Assembly (NCBI GenBank): GCA_041674285.1
Contig: JBAYVZ010000006.1
Location: 1 to 49,248 of the forward strand
Reading direction: 5' to 3'
Origin: Minisyncoccota bacterium
GTDB taxonomy: Bacteria > Patescibacteriota > Minisyncoccia > Phycocordibacterales > UBA9973
DNA: 49,248 nucleotides
Both the position numbers and the translations under genes were made by a program. Below the pieces are notes generated by a model. That model did no database searches and was not told the origin of the DNA. It worked only from the letters and a program-made list of their open reading frames with translations. Position 1 is the first letter of the stretch. Every line of letters begins with the position of its first letter. Shown in pieces: positions 44,312 to 49,248 of this stretch.

Positions 44312-46021
44312 ATGAATACTGCGTCTTTTAAAACACGCATTAAAATAGTGTCTGGTTTTATTTTTCTGTTTGCCTGCATACTTGTCGGCAAGCTTTTTTT
44401 AGTTCAGATTGTTCATCAAAATGAGTACTCCGAAAAAGCTGATAGGCAGTATTCTACTCCATCTGGCAATGTTTTTAATCGTGGGACTATATTTTTTACT
44501 AAAAAAGACGGCAATCTAGTGGCTGCGGGAGCTATGATGTCTGGATTCAAGATTGCTATCAAGCCCAAGGACATAAAAGATCCTGAAGATTTATATAAAA
44601 AATTGGATCCGTACATCACCATGGATCACGATACCTTCATCGCAAAAGCGACAAAAAAGAATGACCCATATGAAGAGGTAGCTACTAGGCTTCCAAAAGA
44701 GACCGTCGATGAGATAGAAAAATTGAGCATACCTGAAGTTTCTGTTTTTAAAGAAAAATGGCGTTTTTATCCTGGTGGAGAGCTGGCTTCTCAAACTCTC
44801 GGATTTATCGCATACAAAGGTGATGAATTGACTGGGCAGTACGGCCTAGAGAGGTACTACAACAAGACACTATCGAAACCAAAAGATCAATCATATGTAA
44901 ATTTCTTTGCAGAAGTTTTTTCTGATATAAAAGATACTTTTACAGGCGAGGAGACTGGCGATGTGATCACTACTATAGAGCCTGGGGTAGAACAGACGCT
45001 AGAATCCGAGATGAGAAAAACTCTAGAAACTTGGAGCGGAGATCAAGTAGGTGGCATAATCATGAATCCAAATAATGGAGAGATATACGCCATAATGGGA
45101 GCTCCAGATTTTAATCTCAATGAATTTGGTAAAGTTGCGAGTCCCTCTGTGTATAGAAATCCACTGGTTGAAAACGTATACGAATTTGGATCTGTGATCA
45201 AGCCATTGGTCATGGCTGCTGCTATAGACAAGGGAGTAGTCACTCCGGAGACTACATATACAGATACTGGTAGTCTGATTATAGAGAAAAGACAAATATT
45301 TAACTTCGATAAAAAAGCTCGTGGCAAGAATACAACGATGCAAAGAGTACTAGATGAATCTCTCAACACGGGTATGATTTTTGTGGAAAGACAGATGGGC
45401 CATGATAGCTTTCGATCATATATGAAAAGTTATGGTATAGGAGAAAAGACTGGTATCGATCTGCCGAATGAGACAAGTGGCCTGATTAAGAACCTAGAGA
45501 GTCCACGTGATATCGAGTATGCGACTGCCTCTTTTGGGCAGGGTATCGCCGTGACCCCCATAGAAGCAGTGCGTTCATTTGCTGTATTGGCGAATGGTGG
45601 TAATCTCGTCGTGCCGCATCTAGTAAAGCAGATACGATACGAAAATGGACTATCTAAGAATATAGAATACGAGCCGACACGTACGGGGATACTAAAAAAA
45701 GAATCTACGGATACTATCACTCGTATGCTCGTCCATGTATTTGAGTCATATGGTAGTGGTTCTTATAAAATACCTAGATATAGTATCGCCACAAAGACTG
45801 GAACTGCGCAAGTAGCCAAAGATTCAGGAGGGGGGTATTATGAGGACCAGCATATGCACTCATTCTTTGGATATTTCCCAGCATATGAGCCTAAATTTGT
45901 TGTTTTCTTGTTTATACGCAATCCAAAGGGGGTAAATTTTGCTTCACAGACATTGATACCACCTTTTGTTAATATCACAAAATTCTTGCTCAATTATTAT
46001 GATGTAGCTCCTGATAGATAG
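44312..46021 (+). CDS. ftsI: penicillin-binding protein (class B transpeptidase, FtsI/PBP2-like)
   Basis: N-terminal TM segment, SVIKP (SxxK), SLN (SxN) and KTGTA (KTG). Confidence 0.9.
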   Translation: MNTASFKTRIKIVSGFIFLFACILVGKLFLVQIVHQNEYSEKADRQYSTPSGNVFNRGTIFFTKKDGNLVAAGAMMSGFKIAIKPKDIKDPEDLYKKLDPYITMDHDTFIAKATKKNDPYEEVATRLPKETVDEIEKLSIPEVSVFKEKWRFYPGGELASQTLGFIAYKGDELTGQYGLERYYNKTLSKPKDQSYVNFFAEVFSDIKDTFTGEETGDVITTIEPGVEQTLESEMRKTLETWSGDQVGGIIMNPNNGEIYAIMGAPDFNLNEFGKVASPSVYRNPLVENVYEFGSVIKPLVMAAAIDKGVVTPETTYTDTGSLIIEKRQIFNFDKKARGKNTTMQRVLDESLNTGMIFVERQMGHDSFRSYMKSYGIGEKTGIDLPNETSGLIKNLESPRDIEYATASFGQGIAVTPIEAVRSFAVLANGGNLVVPHLVKQIRYENGLSKNIEYEPTRTGILKKESTDTITRMLVHVFESYGSGSYKIPRYSIATKTGTAQVAKDSGGGYYEDQHMHSFFGYFPAYEPKFVVFLFIRNPKGVNFASQTLIPPFVNITKFLLNYYDVAPDR

Positions 46022-46025
46022 ATAT

Positions 46026-47330
46026 ATGAAAAAAATAAAACCTGAATTAAAAAATATAATAGTAAAGATATTGTTTTGGCAATCAAAGCGTATTTTAAAA
46101 AAATACAAACCCAAGATCGTAGCTATCACCGGATCCGTGGGCAAGACTTCTACAAAAGACGCAATCTTTACTGTAATCTCTGCATTCAAATCAGTACGCA
46201 AGAGTGAAAAGAGCTTTAATAGCGAGATAGGATTACCACTGACTATCATCGGTGTACCGAATGCCTGGAGTAGTATACTAGGCTGGATGGAGAATTTGGC
46301 AAAAGGTTTTGCTCTTATAATTTTTAAATATGATTATCCAGAGTGGCTAGTGTTGGAGGTGGGTGCGGGCAAGCCGGGGGATATCACGAGTGTGGCCCCG
46401 TGGCTCTCTCCGGATATAGTAGTCATTACACATTTCCCTGATAGACCAGTACACGTAGAATTCTTTGATGGCGTAGATAAGATAATTGAAGAAAAGAGTG
46501 CCCTTGCTCATGCTGTAAAAAAAGATGGACTACTGATACTAAATCACGATGACGAGAAAGTCTATGCTCTACATAAAAAAGTTAAATCAAGAGTAGTATC
46601 ATTTGGCACAAACGATCTGGCTACCTACAATGCATCAAATATAGGCGTATCTATAGAGGGGGCTCATCGTGGTATCCCAAAGGGGATCGCATTTAAATTG
46701 CGATACAATGGCAATGTATTCCCAGTGAATATGCCACATATCATAGGTGAGCACTACATATCTTCAGCTCTGGCTGCTATTGCTGTGGCGGAAGAAGTTG
46801 GTTGTGATATCCTAAAATCAATATCAGAATTGGCGAATTATGATACACCACCAGGAAGAATGTCTCTTATCAGTGGAGTAAATGATTCATATATAGTAGA
46901 TGACACATACAATTCATCACCACTTGCAGTATCAGCAGCTCTGAAATTTATGCATGATGTAAAAGGTGGCAGAAAGATCGTAGTACTAGGAGATATGCTA
47001 GAGCTCGGCAAGATAGCCGAGGAATCTCATCGCGAGATTGGAGTGATGGCGAGCCGGGTAGCAGATATGATTATCACTGTCGGGCCTCGATCAAAATTCA
47101 TCGCCGAGGGCGCACTAGAAGCTGGCTTCCCCCAAAAGGAGATATATAGCTTTGATTCATCTGTGACTTGTGGTAAATTCCTATCTGGCGTCGTAGAAAA
47201 AGGTGATGTCATACTACTAAAAGGATCTCAAGGTGTCCGATTGGAAAAGGCTGTAAAGATGATCATGAGTAATCCAGCTGATGCTCCAAAGCTCCTATGC
47301 CGCCAAGAAAAACAATGGGAGAATAGATAA
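46026..47330 (+). CDS. murF: UDP-MurNAc-tripeptide--D-Ala-D-Ala ligase
   Basis: ITGSVGKTSTKD P-loop, DTYNSSP and the MurF-typical VLGDMLELG. Confidence 0.85.
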   Translation: MKKIKPELKNIIVKILFWQSKRILKKYKPKIVAITGSVGKTSTKDAIFTVISAFKSVRKSEKSFNSEIGLPLTIIGVPNAWSSILGWMENLAKGFALIIFKYDYPEWLVLEVGAGKPGDITSVAPWLSPDIVVITHFPDRPVHVEFFDGVDKIIEEKSALAHAVKKDGLLILNHDDEKVYALHKKVKSRVVSFGTNDLATYNASNIGVSIEGAHRGIPKGIAFKLRYNGNVFPVNMPHIIGEHYISSALAAIAVAEEVGCDILKSISELANYDTPPGRMSLISGVNDSYIVDDTYNSSPLAVSAALKFMHDVKGGRKIVVLGDMLELGKIAEESHREIGVMASRVADMIITVGPRSKFIAEGALEAGFPQKEIYSFDSSVTCGKFLSGVVEKGDVILLKGSQGVRLEKAVKMIMSNPADAPKLLCRQEKQWENR

Positions 47331-47348
47331 AATTAAATGAATAATAAA

Positions 47349-47386
47349 AGTCAAAAGCACCCCGATAGGGGTGCTTTTGACTTTGC
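47349..47386 (+). terminator. intrinsic terminator
   Basis: gtcaaaagcacccc-gata-ggggtgcttttgac 14-bp stem followed by TTT. Confidence 0.8.
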
Positions 47387-47435
47387 CGTTATTTTATTGT
47401 AGACTTACAAAAAAATACCTTATAACAAAATAATT

Positions 47436-48854
47436 ATGGCCAAAAGCAAAAGGGATGACAGTGGGTCTTTAGAAGACGGAAATGTCAATTTAACAAAAAA
47501 AAGATCACATGGATCTAATCGCACAGCTAAATCAGTAAAAAAGATTTTTGTGTTAGATACAAATGTAATTCTTCATGATTCTGCTTGTGTCTACAAGTTT
47601 GAGGAACACGATATCTGTATCCCTATTCAGGTACTAGAAGAATTAGACAATCACAAGAAGGGATTGGAGTCAATCAACTTTCATGCACGAGAATTTAATC
47701 GTATTTTTGATGAAATTTTAACTGATGATTGCTTAGACGAATGGGTGCCTCTTGGGGAGGGATTGGGTAAAATTAAAGCTTTACTTAAATTTGATGTTCA
47801 TGAAAAAGTCAGTAAAAGCTTAGATATGTCTAAAGTGGACAATCAAATTATTAATGATGCCTATGTCTTACAAGAAAGCCTTAAAAATGAAAAGCCAAAA
47901 GTCCAAGTTGTTATAGTTTCAAAGGACTTAAATGTTAGAACAAAATCTAAAATTCTTGGTATCGTTTGTCAGGATTATCTTAACGAAAAGGTTTCTAATG
48001 TTGACTTTTTGTTTAATGGAATTCGTACATTAGAATCGGACACTGATTTTTCTTTAAAATTATTTTCTGATAGAGAAATGGATTTTCAGATAGATGGTGC
48101 TAGTGAAAATGAAAATTTTATTTTAAAACTTGGCGGAAAGGATATTGTTGTTAGATATAGGGATGGTAAAATCAAACCTATTACAAAAAGTTATATTCAG
48201 AAGCCTTGCGAGCTAAATTCTTTGAATGTTGAACAAACCTGCGCAATTGACGCATTGCTTGACCCTAGTATTAAATTAGTAGTTTTGGAAGGTGGTCCTG
48301 GTACTGGCAAAACACTAATTTCTCTTGCTTGTGGTTTTGAACAATTAGGTAAAAAAATCTACAACAAAGTTCTATTTGCTGTGCCTGCTGTGCCTATGGG
48401 GAATCGTGATATTGGGTTTTTGCCCGGTGATGTTAATGATAAAATTTCTCCATATGCAAAAGGGGTGAATGATAATGTTCATTTTCTTGCTGTATCTAAT
48501 GCAAAAAATAAAAAAAAGATTGATTCTTTTATTAAGTCTGGTCAATTTATTATTGAAGCACTCGCACATCTTCGTGGCAGGAGTTTGCCTAAGGTTTTTT
48601 TTATTGTTGATGAGGCGCAAAATCTAACACCACTCGAGGTTAAAACTATTATTACTCGGGCTGGAGAAGGTACTAAAATTATATTTATGGCAGATACAGG
48701 TCAGATAGATAATCCTTTTGTGGATCAAAAATCTAATGGTGCTACTTATTTGATAAATAAATTTAGCAAAGAGAATGATCCAATATTTAGCTATGTTCAT
48801 TTAACTAAAAGTGAAAGATCTGAATTGGCAAGGTTGGCTATTAAAATTTTGTAA
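47436..48854 (+). CDS. PIN-domain/PhoH-like ATPase fusion (PhoH2/YlaK type)
   Basis: N-terminal PIN (FVLDTNVILHD...NDA) and C-terminal PhoH ATPase (GGPGTGKT, FFIVDEAQN). Confidence 0.85.
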   Translation: MAKSKRDDSGSLEDGNVNLTKKRSHGSNRTAKSVKKIFVLDTNVILHDSACVYKFEEHDICIPIQVLEELDNHKKGLESINFHAREFNRIFDEILTDDCLDEWVPLGEGLGKIKALLKFDVHEKVSKSLDMSKVDNQIINDAYVLQESLKNEKPKVQVVIVSKDLNVRTKSKILGIVCQDYLNEKVSNVDFLFNGIRTLESDTDFSLKLFSDREMDFQIDGASENENFILKLGGKDIVVRYRDGKIKPITKSYIQKPCELNSLNVEQTCAIDALLDPSIKLVVLEGGPGTGKTLISLACGFEQLGKKIYNKVLFAVPAVPMGNRDIGFLPGDVNDKISPYAKGVNDNVHFLAVSNAKNKKKIDSFIKSGQFIIEALAHLRGRSLPKVFFIVDEAQNLTPLEVKTIITRAGEGTKIIFMADTGQIDNPFVDQKSNGATYLINKFSKENDPIFSYVHLTKSERSELARLAIKIL

Positions 48855-48877
48855 TTTTATTTTGTTTCTAATTGTAA

Positions 48878-48911
48878 AATAGCTCTGATTAAAATCAGAG
48901 CTATTTTTTTG
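48878..48911 (+). terminator. intrinsic terminator
   Basis: atagctctgatt/aatcagagctat 12-bp stem followed by T7. Confidence 0.9.
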
Positions 48912-48930
48912 TGAGCCACAATAATTTATT

Positions 48931-49130
48931 CGCCGTCGCTCATAAATTTGAAAGCCCTACAGGGAACGTGAGTACGCATATCGGCGACTACATCGCCAGG
49001 TACTTTTCGCTCTGGTAGACCAGAGAACGAAAAGTCTTTCGATTCTCTGACGCAAGCAAAGCAGTTTGCTTGCTTAGGGTCACACAAGAAAAAAGGCCAC
49101 CCTTAAGGTGGACTCTTTTTTCTTGTGTGA
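48931..49130. ncRNA. candidate structured RNA of unknown class
   Basis: Visibly more G+C-rich than its flanks, with no long ORF and four consecutive hairpins: 48931-48986 nested; 49003-49034 (CTTTTCGCTCTGG-TAGA-CCAGAGaaCGAAAAG); 49052-49073 (GCAAGCAAA-GCAG-TTTGCTTGC); and 49080-49130, a 16+5 bp hairpin with A/T runs. Confidence 0.25.
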
Positions 49131-49248
49131 TGTATTGCTATCCTTTGCACGAACTTATTTCGAACAAAATGAAAGCTAATCTTACGCTCGACTTTTGTTA
49201 TTAATTCTAATCTATCTACTACGCTCTACCAATGTATTAATTCTAAAT

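Noticed and set aside
48931-49075. Identification of the structured block as 5S rRNA, RNase P RNA, tmRNA, SRP RNA, a TPP riboswitch or a retron msr/msd
   Set aside because: There are short resemblances only, such as CACGUUCCC on the minus strand versus 5S and CGAAAAGUCU versus the RNase P P4. Closing helices and invariant cores are absent, and no a1/a2 repeat pair for a retron was found. The class is left unknown.
1-49248. Alternative genetic code (TGA as Trp or Gly, code 4/25), considered because of the AT-rich CPR-like look and the absence of TGA stops
   Set aside because: Every conserved protein (copA, eno, gap, guaB, purA, ftsI, murF and others) is full length under the standard code with no in-frame TGA, and Trp positions use TGG. 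TGA looks avoided rather than reassigned. This is kept only as a stop-usage finding.
1-49248. CRISPR arrays, tRNA and rRNA genes
   Set aside because: No regularly spaced direct repeats were seen. No GGTTCGAATCC-type T-arm or cloverleaf candidates were found in any intergenic region longer than 60 nt. No rRNA-like conserved stretches were seen.

Overview
AT-rich, gene-dense bacterial chromosome segment with about 55 CDS. I found no rRNA, tRNA or CRISPR. The streamlined look resembles a small-genome, CPR/Patescibacteria-like organism; that is an impression, not a placement. Left to right: (1) envelope and miscellaneous genes: YkuD L,D-transpeptidase, TerC, META/HslJ, a LysM-like membrane protein, a PP-loop protein, a secreted GH5-like/SH3b protein, a secreted protein with a T9SS-like C-terminal tail, and an ABC-F ATPase. 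(2) A 9.5 kb co-directional copper/thiol block at 11.46-21.0 kb, from csoR, copA and two DUF305 genes through DUF1573, CcdA, DUF3105, an HMA-TauE fusion, a cupredoxin and six unknown small membrane or Cys-rich ORFs. (3) Central-carbon genes: a ThDP enzyme plus succinate-semialdehyde dehydrogenase; a minus-strand operon of 2-hydroxyacid DH, glycerate 2-kinase, enolase and a truncated pyruvate kinase; gap; rpiB, rpe-like and split transketolase; PfkB kinase, class II aldolase and a FAD oxidoreductase; guaB and purA. (4) A short dcw cluster (mraZ, rsmH, ftsL-like, ftsI, murF) and PIN-PhoH2. The most unusual observation is a three-copy family of elements bounded by inverted repeats (CCCGTTAGA...TCTAAACGGG). 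Each copy abuts the ATG of a housekeeping gene (rpiB, ftsI, eno), and one copy encodes a small GIY-YIG nuclease. Other window-wide patterns are many extended -10 boxes 6-8 nt upstream of start codons (apparent leaderless mRNAs), no Shine-Dalgarno motifs, recurrent AAAACCAAA-type leaders, and no TGA stop codon. All calls come from reading the sequence and recalling family motifs; no searches were run.
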